From Candidatus Omnitrophota bacterium (GTDB lineage Bacteria > Omnitrophota > Gorgyraeia > 2-01-FULL-45-10): 64,000 bases of DNA. The number at the start of each line of letters is the position of its first letter. Position 1 is the stretch's first letter. Positions 56,055 to 64,000 of this stretch are shown one piece after another. Location of the stretch: positions 54,814-118,813 of the forward strand of contig JAUYOL010000036.1 of NCBI GenBank assembly GCA_030695905.1. Reading direction: 5' to 3'. The notes beneath the pieces are model-generated. The model searched no databases and had not been told where the DNA came from. It was given only the letters and a program-made list of their open reading frames with translations. The translations under genes and the position numbers were made by a program.

Positions 56055-57818
56055 TTATTTTTGGTGCGAACTTTTCAGAAAATCAATATCATCTTTTGTA
56101 ATATTATATATTAGCAGAGACCCACCCACCCATTCAACAGGTTTTATTTTATCCAGCCATTTTATTCTTTTTGCCGGAAAAGCAGTAGTCTCAATGACAT
56201 AAAATCCTTTATTAGGGATCAGTACCTCTTCATTCGTTATCAGCGTATATGGTATGCGATAGTAATCACATACTTTATCGCAACTAAATACCGCATCTAT
56301 CGTTATCTTGTTTATATTATTCTTTTCAAGATATTCTTTCAGCCTCTTCCAGTCCTGGCCCCAGGCAATGTTAGAATCGCCAAGGTACTTATAACCGTTC
56401 TTAAAACCTCCGACCATCCTATTAAAATATGAAAGATGCGCCGGGTATGAACTGAGGACATCCGCTGATAGTATTATTATCAAGGCAGATAAGGGATACT
56501 TCATCACCTTAGAGTTTCTTACTATGAACACGCTATAGCCGGCCATGACAAATAAAAACGGATAGACCGGCAATATATGACGAATACCTATATTCAATTT
56601 GTTTATAAACATGGCGATAAAAAGATAAATAAATGCCGGCATTATAAGAACCACCTTCATTAACATCTTTTCTTTTTTCATGCATAGCCCGATTGCCCCC
56701 AACAAGAAGAATAACAATGTAACAAAAGGCTCTTTAAAAAATATAGCAAGAGGGAAATAATACCACCACCCCCCTGACTTTGAATTAACCCCTAATAGAT
56801 ACGAATCCTGACCATATTGCGCATGGCCCTCAAAATAGGCAAAACCTTTGAAATACGGCATGGTTGCGCTGTGAAAAGGAAACCAGGAGTACTTGGTATA
56901 ATCGAGTATAACTATTACGAATGCGGCCGTCATGATAATGAGCAGTGACCTGCCCACAAAGTTTATTTTTGAGAAAATCGTCTTTTTGTTATAAAAAAGG
57001 TAAGAGATCGCGTATACAGCCAAGGCCGGCATTATCAATCTAAAGGATTTTTTATAAGAAACGGCGAATATCAAAAAAGGCAGAAATAGGGCCGCATGTG
57101 TCATCCATTTTTTTAAAGTCGCTTTCTTAGGTGCGTGAACCGGGTAAAACCCCCTCAGAAAAATAAGAAAATGCGATACCGGCATTAAAAGCAGTCCGCT
57201 GAATTTTGAAATAAAACTTAGGCCCGTGAAGGCGGCCACGGCAATAAGAACCCCTGTCTTCTCTGTTTCGAAATATCTCATCAGATAATAAATGGCTGCA
57301 AAATAGAAACAGCTTATTGTGGTATCCATGGTAACCAATGAAGAATGGCCTAAAAATAAGGGGGATAATACAAATAGCGATAAAGAAATAAAGCCCGCAA
57401 ATGCGCCGTTGAGCCTTTTAGAGTACAGGTATATGAATAATCCCAAGAGTGCGGCAATAATAATATCCACCGCTCGAGAAAGTAAAAGTAGTAGCTCCAG
57501 GTCATTGCCGCGGTTGTAAAGAAAATCGTTCTGGATCTTGACAATATCGTCCGGGACTGAAGTGCGGTAAATTTCAAAAGGAAAATTTAATTTTACAAAC
57601 AAAAGAGGAAGTGCCGCCAGTTGTTTTACGAAAGGCGGATGTTCTATGTTGAATCTATAGTCATGAAACTTAAGATTTATATAACCGACCGTGATATGCG
57701 TTTTTTCGTCGGATGTTATGGAATTAGTAGCGGCATAATACAATCCGCTCATTAAAAAAAATAATAGCAAAATCGCTACAGATATTTTTTCTGTTGTTTT
57801 CATACTAAGCCTTCCCAA
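56055..57818 (-). CDS. GT-C membrane glycosyltransferase (ArnT/PMT_2-like)
   Basis: ATNSITSDEKTHITVGY...NIEHPPFVKQL first-loop motifs (DE ... HPP) as in ArnT/PMT. 587 aa, more than 11 TM helices. Confidence 0.6.
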   Translation of the reverse strand: MGRLSMKTTEKISVAILLLFFLMSGLYYAATNSITSDEKTHITVGYINLKFHDYRFNIEHPPFVKQLAALPLLFVKLNFPFEIYRTSVPDDIVKIQNDFLYNRGNDLELLLLLSRAVDIIIAALLGLFIYLYSKRLNGAFAGFISLSLFVLSPLFLGHSSLVTMDTTISCFYFAAIYYLMRYFETEKTGVLIAVAAFTGLSFISKFSGLLLMPVSHFLIFLRGFYPVHAPKKATLKKWMTHAALFLPFLIFAVSYKKSFRLIMPALAVYAISYLFYNKKTIFSKINFVGRSLLIIMTAAFVIVILDYTKYSWFPFHSATMPYFKGFAYFEGHAQYGQDSYLLGVNSKSGGWWYYFPLAIFFKEPFVTLLFFLLGAIGLCMKKEKMLMKVVLIMPAFIYLFIAMFINKLNIGIRHILPVYPFLFVMAGYSVFIVRNSKVMKYPLSALIIILSADVLSSYPAHLSYFNRMVGGFKNGYKYLGDSNIAWGQDWKRLKEYLEKNNINKITIDAVFSCDKVCDYYRIPYTLITNEEVLIPNKGFYVIETTAFPAKRIKWLDKIKPVEWVGGSLLIYNITKDDIDFLKSSHQK

Positions 57819-59399
57819 TAATAAATGAGCCCATAACCAAATAATCGATTTCAGTTTGTATAAAACATCTGTAAGCGTCTTCGGGTGTACAAACGATCGG
57901 CTCGCCCATCCTGTTAAAAGATGTATTGATAATCATAGGGCATCCATGGTCTTTATAAAACTGCCTTATTAAATCGTAAAAAAGAGGGTTGTCTTCGCGC
58001 TTGACCGTCTGTACCCTCGCTGAGCCGTCAACATGTGTTATGGCCGGAAAACCGGATTTTTTAACCGCCGACACAAAAAGCATGTAGGGGCTTTCGCATT
58101 TGAGGTCAAAATAAGCTTGCGATTTTTCTAAAAGTACGCTGGGAGCGAATGGCCTGAACGCTTCTCTAAATTTTACCTTTGAATTAATCATGCCGCGCAT
58201 ATATTTTGAGCGCGGGTCCGCCAGAATACTGCGGTTTCCCAGAGAGCGCGGCCCAAATTCCATTCTACCCTGAAACCAACCGATTATTCTTTGATCGGCC
58301 AGAAAACCGGAAACTATTTTAAGCAAAGTCTTTCTTTCCAGTTTCTTATATTTTATATTATTTTCTTTTAAATAGCCTTCTATTTCTTCATCAGAGAACA
58401 ATGGGCCCAGAAGACTCGCTTTCTGCCGATCCCTATTTCTGCTAACTTTTCGGGGCTTGCCCATGTATTCATGCCAACCTATAAATGCCGCCCCTAATGC
58501 GCAGCCCGCATCTGAAGAAGAAGGCTGAATCCAGACTTTCTTAAATGGTCCCTCCCGTAATATTTTTCCGTTTGCCACGCAATTAAGCGCGACTTCTCCC
58601 GCCATACACAAGCTTTCCAAACCGGCTTTTCTGTGAAGGCGCCTTACCATGTTCATCAAGGCCATTTCTGCGACCGCTTGCACCGAACAGGCCAAATCCC
58701 TGTGCCTTTTTTTTATTTCCTCTTCTTTTCCTCTAGGAGGCCCGCCGAAAAGATCATTAAAATTCTTACCGGTTATTTTATGTCCGGAACGATAATTAAA
58801 ATATGACGGGTTTAATTTAAATGTGCCATTTTCTTTTAGTTCGATCACTTTTTCTAAAATAATATCGGTATAAACCGGATCGCCATACGGGGCCAACCCC
58901 ATCAATTTATATTCATCAGAGTTTGGAATAAACCCGCAATAATATGTAAATGCCGAATACAACAAACCTATTGAATCGGGAAACCTTGTGAGGGAGTGAA
59001 TTTTTGTAGAATTACCCGCCCCGCTACCAAGGGTCGCCGCTATACCGTTTTCCGCCCCGTCAACTGTAAGTATGGCGGCTTCCTTAAATGGTGATGGGTA
59101 AAAGGCGCTTGCGGAATGAGTAAGATGATGCCTGGAAAATATGATCTTTGCATCAAAATTTAGTTTTTTTTTACAACTTCTTTATAAACATCATCGTGAA
59201 ATACCACTAGATCGATATCGCTCTTTTTGATTCCGGCTTCGCGCAGGCAATAGTGTATGGCATTTTCAGGGAAACTCGAATCGTGTTTTTTGCGCGTAAA
59301 ACGCTCTTCCTGTGCCGCCATTATGATCTGGCCGTCTTTAAGAAGGGCCGCTGCCGCATCACGATAAAACGCCGATATTCCTAAAATATAATTAGACAT
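57805..59399 (-). pseudogene. Carbamoyltransferase (NodU/CmcH family) interrupted by a single-nucleotide frameshift in a T9/A9 homopolymer
   Basis: The 79-aa ORF 59160-59399 ([44 protein letters not shown]...) is the carbamoyltransferase N-terminus. ORF 57805-58965 carries the rest (…SSSDAGCALGAAF… and C-domain). Inserting one A in the A9 run (plus-strand T9 at 59164-59172) restores LNFDAKIIFSRHHLTHSASAFYPSPFKEAAILTVDGAENG... in frame with the downstream ORF. Confidence 0.75.
59164..59172. repeat. T9 homopolymeric tract at the carbamoyltransferase frameshift site
   Basis: agTTTTTTTTTaca on the plus strand, which is A9 in the coding sense; the sole frame break in an otherwise intact 530+ aa gene. 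Confidence 0.8.
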
Positions 59400-60321
59400 A
59401 TTTTACCCTGCAACATTCGCATGTACGCCTCAGGCCATCGTCAAGCGAGACCTTGGGCCTCCACCCGAGGGAAAATATCTTTGAAGAATCAAGCAATCTA
59501 CGAGGGGTTCCGTCAGGTTTATCTTTCTGGAATATTATTTTACCATTATATCCGATCACGTTCCTCACCTTTTCCGCCAGCACCCTGACAGAGGTTTCTT
59601 TCCCAACCCCCATGTGCACAAGCTCGCTCTTGTCATATTTATTCATGAGAAAAATAAACCCTTCTGCGGCATCATCTATAAACATAAACTCTCTTTTAGG
59701 GGCGCCGGTCCCCCATACCGTAAATTTATTACGGCCGGGATCAATGGCTGCCAAATTGGCCCGTTCTATCAGCCCTGCTACTACGTGCCCTTCTCTCCCA
59801 AAGTGGTCGCCCGGGCCATAGACAGTTGCCGGTACAACACAAATAAAATCGGTCTTATGCTGCCTATTATAAGACTGGCACATCTTTATACCCGCTATCT
59901 TGGCAACTGCAAACGATTCACTCGTCGGCTCTATTGAGCCTGAGAGCAGGTACTTTTCCTTCATGGGCTGAGGGCAATGCTTAGGGTATATGCATGCGCT
60001 ACCCGGAAAAAGCAGTTTTTTTATTCCATATTTATACGCTGAGTGTATTACGTTCGTCTGAATAGCGATGTTCTGACAGATAAAGTCAGCGGGATAGGTA
60101 TTGTTTGCATATATTCCTCCAACCTTAGCCGCCATAAGAAAGACATATTCCGGACGTGAATCTTTAAATAATTTATCGATCTTGATGCAATCGGTCAGGT
60201 CCAGTTCTTTATGGGTCCTTAATATCAGGTTCTTATAGCCGTCCGCCTTTAACTTTCTTACCAATGCTGAACCAATGAATCCGGTGTGGCCGGCAACATA
60301 AATACGGGAATTTTTATTCAT
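59392..60321 (-). CDS. GDP-4-keto-6-deoxy-sugar 3,5-epimerase/4-reductase (GDP-L-fucose synthase Fcl / GDP-L-colitose synthase ColC family)
   Basis: [15 protein letters not shown]; ELDLTD; [51 protein letters not shown]; [23 protein letters not shown]. Collinear with E. coli Fcl. Confidence 0.85.
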   Translation of the reverse strand: MNKNSRIYVAGHTGFIGSALVRKLKADGYKNLILRTHKELDLTDCIKIDKLFKDSRPEYVFLMAAKVGGIYANNTYPADFICQNIAIQTNVIHSAYKYGIKKLLFPGSACIYPKHCPQPMKEKYLLSGSIEPTSESFAVAKIAGIKMCQSYNRQHKTDFICVVPATVYGPGDHFGREGHVVAGLIERANLAAIDPGRNKFTVWGTGAPKREFMFIDDAAEGFIFLMNKYDKSELVHMGVGKETSVRVLAEKVRNVIGYNGKIIFQKDKPDGTPRRLLDSSKIFSLGWRPKVSLDDGLRRTCECCRVKYV

Positions 60322-60324
60322 ATT

Positions 60325-61521
60325 TTATTTCGCGTTAGCGGTTATAAATTTTTCTATCACATTCATGATATAATCGATATGCTCATCGCCTAGATCCTGA
60401 TGAACTCCTATATGCAGGCCGTTATTACCCATAAACTCTGCGTTGGGAAAATCTCCTAATTTATAGCCCAGATAAGCAAACCCGGGGCATTGGGTGGGCA
60501 TTGAAGAAAAGAGATCCCGCGTATCAATGCCATTTTTCTCCAGATAATCCACAAATCTGTCCCGGCTAAAAGGCGAGCCCTCCTTAACAATGATGGGGAA
60601 AGCATGGGGCCCGATCTTCTCGTCTTTGTCTTCCTGTATCGTAGTCAAATAATCATCAAATTTCTTGAGGCGTTTTATCATCGTCAAAAGATTATGCCTT
60701 CTTTTATCTATGATCTTATCGTATATTTCCAGACTGCCCAAGCCAACGGCGGCCTCTAATTCATTCATCTTGGAAGAATATCCTACCCTTTCAAAGATAA
60801 ACCTTATGTCCTTGCCGTATTGAAACCTCTTTTTACAATAATCGGAAGCCGTGTTGACTATACATATATTACATTTACAGGCGCGGCCATGGCAACGGAG
60901 CGACCTTAATATATCAGCAAATTTCTCTTTATTGGCAGTAACAATGCCGCCCTCTATGGTAGTGATAATATGCGCGAGGTAAAGGCTATACGCGGCCATA
61001 TCCCCCCATTCTCCTACTTTCTTACCTTTATAGGCCGCTCCATGCGCCTCAGCGGCATCTTCTATTACATACAGATTGTTCCTTTTGGCTATTTTATTAA
61101 TAATATCCATTTCAGCCGGTTTGCCCATAAGGTGTACCGGCATGATAGCGCGTGTTTTTTTAGTGATAGTTTTTTCTATAAGATTCGCATCTATATTTAA
61201 TGTAGCTCTCTCGATATCCACAAATACCGGCTTAAATCCGGCATGTAAAACAGCATTACCTGTAGCAACGAAGGATAGGGCAGGGATGATTATTTCATCA
61301 CCGCGCTTCGCGCCAAAATCATAAAGCACCGCCAATGCCAATACATCGGCGTCGGTCCCGCTGCTGACAGCAACCGCTTCCTTCGCGTTTACAAGCTTGG
61401 CAAATTTTTTCTCAAACTCACGGACATATTTGCCGCTGGAAACCCTTTTTGAGTTAAGGGCTTTGCCAATAAGATCTTTAGATTTTTGCGTAATGTCTAT
61501 CGTTCCAAATGGAATCTTCAT
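60325..61521 (-). CDS. DegT-family PLP enzyme with His in place of the Schiff-base Lys: ColD-like GDP-4-keto-6-deoxy-sugar 3-dehydratase (candidate)
   Basis: DegT fold (VSSGTDADVLA...IIPALSFVATGNAV...IEDAAEAHGA). At the PLP-Lys position the sequence reads AAYSLYLAHIITTIEGG (K replaced by H), the hallmark of ColD-type 3-dehydratases. Unusual Cys cluster LRCHGRACKCNICIV after the RxHG region. Confidence 0.6.
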   Translation of the reverse strand: MKIPFGTIDITQKSKDLIGKALNSKRVSSGKYVREFEKKFAKLVNAKEAVAVSSGTDADVLALAVLYDFGAKRGDEIIIPALSFVATGNAVLHAGFKPVFVDIERATLNIDANLIEKTITKKTRAIMPVHLMGKPAEMDIINKIAKRNNLYVIEDAAEAHGAAYKGKKVGEWGDMAAYSLYLAHIITTIEGGIVTANKEKFADILRSLRCHGRACKCNICIVNTASDYCKKRFQYGKDIRFIFERVGYSSKMNELEAAVGLGSLEIYDKIIDKRRHNLLTMIKRLKKFDDYLTTIQEDKDEKIGPHAFPIIVKEGSPFSRDRFVDYLEKNGIDTRDLFSSMPTQCPGFAYLGYKLGDFPNAEFMGNNGLHIGVHQDLGDEHIDYIMNVIEKFITANAK

Positions 61522-62212
61522 GCTTTTTCGCCTTTATATATCTTTCCGGGGTTCCAATATCGATAAAAAAACTTGATTTCGGATACCCGAAAGTCTTGCC
61601 TCCGGTCAATGACGGAAAAAAATCGCGTTCTAAAGAAAATCTTTTTCTTTGCGGCATTAGATCAAAGACCTGCCTGTCAAATATATAGACGCCGACATTG
61701 ACCAGGCATTTTTTTGCCTTGCTCCTTTTTTCATTAAAACTTTTTATACATAAAGATCTATCCAGCTCAACAATTCCGTATTCCCTGCCATCGGAAACCT
61801 GCCCTAATAATATCGAAACAACGGCCTTATTCTTATTATGAAATTTTACGAAATCTAAGGGGTTGAACTTACAATACGAATCTCCGTTCAAAACAAAAAA
61901 ATATCTGCTCCTTATTTTCTTTCTTGCATTCTTTACCGCGCCTCCCGTATCAAGAGGGCTTCTTTCTCGGGAAAATAAAATATTCAATCCGGTTTTTTTG
62001 TTACGGGTATAATGTTCTTTTATAGCTCCCGCCTTGTACCCCGTACCTAGAATAAAACGCCTGAATCCGAAACCTGCCATATAATTCAGGATCAGGTCAA
62101 GAAACGGCTTGCCGCCTATCTCCACCATGGGCTTGGGATTATTACGAGAAATCGCCCTTAATCTCTTTCCCAAGCCGCCGCAAAGAATAAAAACATCGAT
62201 ATCTTTGATCAT
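61478..62212 (-). CDS. hddC: Sugar-1-phosphate nucleotidyltransferase, D-glycero-alpha-D-manno-heptose-1-phosphate guanylyltransferase (HddC)-like
   Basis: VFILCGGLGKRLRAISRNNPKPMV (GGxGxRL pyrophosphorylase motif). 244 aa, short single-domain as in HddC. Directly downstream of the hddA-like kinase. Confidence 0.6.
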   Translation of the reverse strand: MIKDIDVFILCGGLGKRLRAISRNNPKPMVEIGGKPFLDLILNYMAGFGFRRFILGTGYKAGAIKEHYTRNKKTGLNILFSRERSPLDTGGAVKNARKKIRSRYFFVLNGDSYCKFNPLDFVKFHNKNKAVVSILLGQVSDGREYGIVELDRSLCIKSFNEKRSKAKKCLVNVGVYIFDRQVFDLMPQRKRFSLERDFFPSLTGGKTFGYPKSSFFIDIGTPERYIKAKKHEDSIWNDRHYAKI

Positions 62213-63201
62213 ATTTCCTGTGGATTATAGTAGATTATCTGGCTTCCCTCGTTCTCAAAATTAAATTTTACTTCCAGGAAATCTTCCAGGGCCTTTGAAA
62301 CCTTTTGCCGGTTCTCCGGCTTCACGAATAAAAGCATAAAACCCCCGCCGCCCGCGCCCAAAAGTTTTCCTCCGACAGCACCGGACTTTTGGGCCTTTTC
62401 ATACAAGCTATCTATCTGGGGGTTCGATATTCTTTTCGAAAATTGCTTCTTGATCTGCCAGGATTCATGAAGCAGTTTTCCGAACTCCGAGATGTCCTGG
62501 TTGCTGTTCAGGACATCAACAGCGCGGTCAACCATCTGACGCATCTTATTCAGCTCTTTTTCTTTCTCCGGGGTATTTCTGATCTGCTCCGCGGCGATCT
62601 CTGAGGCAAAACGCGAAAATCCAGTGAATATCAACATAAGATGGTCTTGCAAATGACCGATTTTTTCTTTAGGTAAAGTCATCGCCTCTACTCTGAAATT
62701 ATGGTCATTGTGAAAAATTATCTTATTGAACCCCCCGTGCGCAACGGCGATCTGATCCTGCGAACCTACATTTTCCTTGAGCACGACCCTTTCTATGTGG
62801 ATCGCTTCCTTTGCCAATTGCTCCTTAGAGACTATTTTGCCTTTCAAGGCATAAAGAGAATTAAGCATACCTACCGTAAAGGATGAGCTTGACCCCAATC
62901 CCGACCTGGCAGGCAGATCCCCGTCATGATGCACCTCTACCCCTTTATCAATTTTAAAATATTCCAACAACGCCCTGACTACCGGATGCTTAATGTCTGC
63001 GGATGATTTTATGTTCTCTACTATAGAATAAACGATCCTGTGTTTATGTTCAAAAAACGGAGGCAGGTAACGTATGTTTATATAGCAATATTTATCTATG
63101 GTAGTGGATAGCACGGCGCCTCCGCATTTTTCAAACCAGGCGGGATAATCTGTGCCGCCGCCAAAAAAAGAAATCCTAAAAGGAGTTTTGCTTATTATCA
63201 T
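62209..63201 (-). CDS. hddA: GHMP-family sugar kinase, D-glycero-alpha-D-manno-heptose 7-phosphate kinase (HddA)-like
   Basis: TPFRISFFGGGTDYPAWF N-terminal signature of HddA-type kinases. PARSGLGSSSSF (GHMP motif II). GAGGGGF (motif III). Confidence 0.75.
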   Translation of the reverse strand: MIISKTPFRISFFGGGTDYPAWFEKCGGAVLSTTIDKYCYINIRYLPPFFEHKHRIVYSIVENIKSSADIKHPVVRALLEYFKIDKGVEVHHDGDLPARSGLGSSSSFTVGMLNSLYALKGKIVSKEQLAKEAIHIERVVLKENVGSQDQIAVAHGGFNKIIFHNDHNFRVEAMTLPKEKIGHLQDHLMLIFTGFSRFASEIAAEQIRNTPEKEKELNKMRQMVDRAVDVLNSNQDISEFGKLLHESWQIKKQFSKRISNPQIDSLYEKAQKSGAVGGKLLGAGGGGFMLLFVKPENRQKVSKALEDFLEVKFNFENEGSQIIYYNPQEI

Positions 63202-64000
63202 TTCAGTACCTTTCTCCCCAATCTTGTTTCTGACATTTTCTCTACATTAGTCCTTACTGCTGGCCCAAATTTTTTCTCAAGCATACTTAAATAAGCCGGA
63301 TTACTAAAATATCTATGGAACGCATCATCTCTAAATTTTAAAACTTCTTTAGCGCTGACATGTTTGGTAGGTAAGGGTAACGTCTCATATGAATGTTGTG
63401 AAAAACCATGCCATTCTTCGGGAAGTTCCCATTCCTCTTTCTTTGCAATGCCGTACAACTTAGAGCCCGGATATGCCATGGCGCAATAAAAATTGGCAAA
63501 TTCACAACTAAGATCCATTGCCATATCGAGCGTTTCCTGCATCGTCTCCATGGTGTCATCAGGCAAACCAAAGATATAGTTCCCGATAACCCTGATGCCT
63601 TCATCCTGAATAATCCGGACAACATTTTTCACATCCTTCACCCTCATCTTCTTAGAGGAACTGTCCCTTATATCAGCGTTTGCAGACTCAATGCCAAGGG
63701 CAATCCAGTTTATCCCCGCTTTTTTCATTTTTTCTAAATTTTCGGGTTTCACCGTATCAACGCGCGCGTATGCCCAAATATTTAAATCGTAGCGTCTTTC
63801 TAAAAGCAAGTCTACGATCTTCATATAATGGCGTTCATCCAGCACAAATAATTCATCAACAATCTTGATATTCCTGACGCTGTATTCTTGTACCAAAATA
63901 CCTATCTCATCAACAACCATATGCGGGCTTCTGTATCGTATGCCGGGCTTCCCGAAAAGCGCGTTTATACAACAAAAGATACAATCATACGGACAGCCAA
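63198..64000 (-). CDS. Radical SAM enzyme (probably B12-binding class), C-terminal part; gene continues past window end
   Basis: ORF track gives a 240-aa C-terminal portion. Reading further upstream in the same frame to the window edge gives ...GCPYDCIFCCINALFGKPGIRYRSPH-MVVDE..., i.e. the CxxxCxxC radical-SAM motif, with no stop before position 64000. Confidence 0.7.
   Translation of the reverse strand, partial: GCPYDCIFCCINALFGKPGIRYRSPHMVVDEIGILVQEYSVRNIKIVDELFVLDERHYMKIVDLLLERRYDLNIWAYARVDTVKPENLEKMKKAGINWIALGIESANADIRDSSSKKMRVKDVKNVVRIIQDEGIRVIGNYIFGLPDDTMETMQETLDMAMDLSCEFANFYCAMAYPGSKLYGIAKKEEWELPEEWHGFSQHSYETLPLPTKHVSAKEVLKFRDDAFHRYFSNPAYLSMLEKKFGPAVRTNVEKMSETRLGRKVLK

Noticed and set aside
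59160-59399. 79-aa ORF treated as an independent small gene
   Set aside because: Its sequence is the conserved N-terminus of NodU/CmcH carbamoyltransferases and is continuous with the downstream ORF after a +1 correction in the A9 tract. It is a gene fragment, not a separate gene.
53668-60321. Interpreting gmd + fcl-like as a plain GDP-L-fucose pathway
   Set aside because: The adjacent DegT-fold gene has His instead of the PLP Lys (ColD hallmark), and hddA/hddC-like genes are adjacent. A 3,6-dideoxy sugar (colitose or a heptose analogue) is the better-supported reading, though fucose is not excluded.

Overview
All recognisable genes in this 64 kb window lie on the minus strand (about 58 ORFs, many with 4–40 nt start/stop overlaps). 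They form one dense surface-glycan biosynthesis and glycosylation super-locus with no rRNA, tRNA, CRISPR, transposase or integrase signal. Modules read from the sequence:

- (1) Ara4N-like module: UDP-GlcA-decarboxylase-like SDR, a formyltransferase fused to a NodB/ArnD-like deacetylase, GT2, GT-C, and a flippase-like protein.
- (2) An RtcB-family RNA-ligase homolog plus a dTMP-kinase-like P-loop protein, unexpectedly embedded in the locus.
- (3) GT4 and GT2 transferases interleaved with five cobalamin-binding radical-SAM enzymes, several SAM methyltransferases, a GmhA-like isomerase, an IMPase-like phosphatase and a 2-hydroxyacid dehydrogenase.
- (4) A glycyl-radical enzyme (670 aa, RVWGF glycine-radical motif) with its activase, directly downstream of a KdsB-like CMP-ulosonic-acid synthetase, an HpcH-family pyruvate aldolase and an SDR.
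- (5) A Wzx-type flippase and two orphan proteins.
- (6) A pseudaminic-acid pathway (PseB, PseC, PseH-like fusion, PseI, PseF) with the PseA–HisH–HisF acetamidino trio.
- (7) A lone HTH gene preceded by 10-bp tandem direct repeats.
- (8) Iterated GT2 (polyprenyl-phosphate sugar synthase) plus GT-C (ArnT/PMT/YfhO-like) pairs.
- (9) A GDP-sugar module: Gmd, Fcl/ColC-like, a ColD-like DegT enzyme with His replacing the PLP Lys, HddA and HddC. Plus a carbamoyltransferase interrupted by a single-nucleotide frameshift in a T9 tract.

All product assignments rest on motif recognition in the translated ORFs; no database search could be run.
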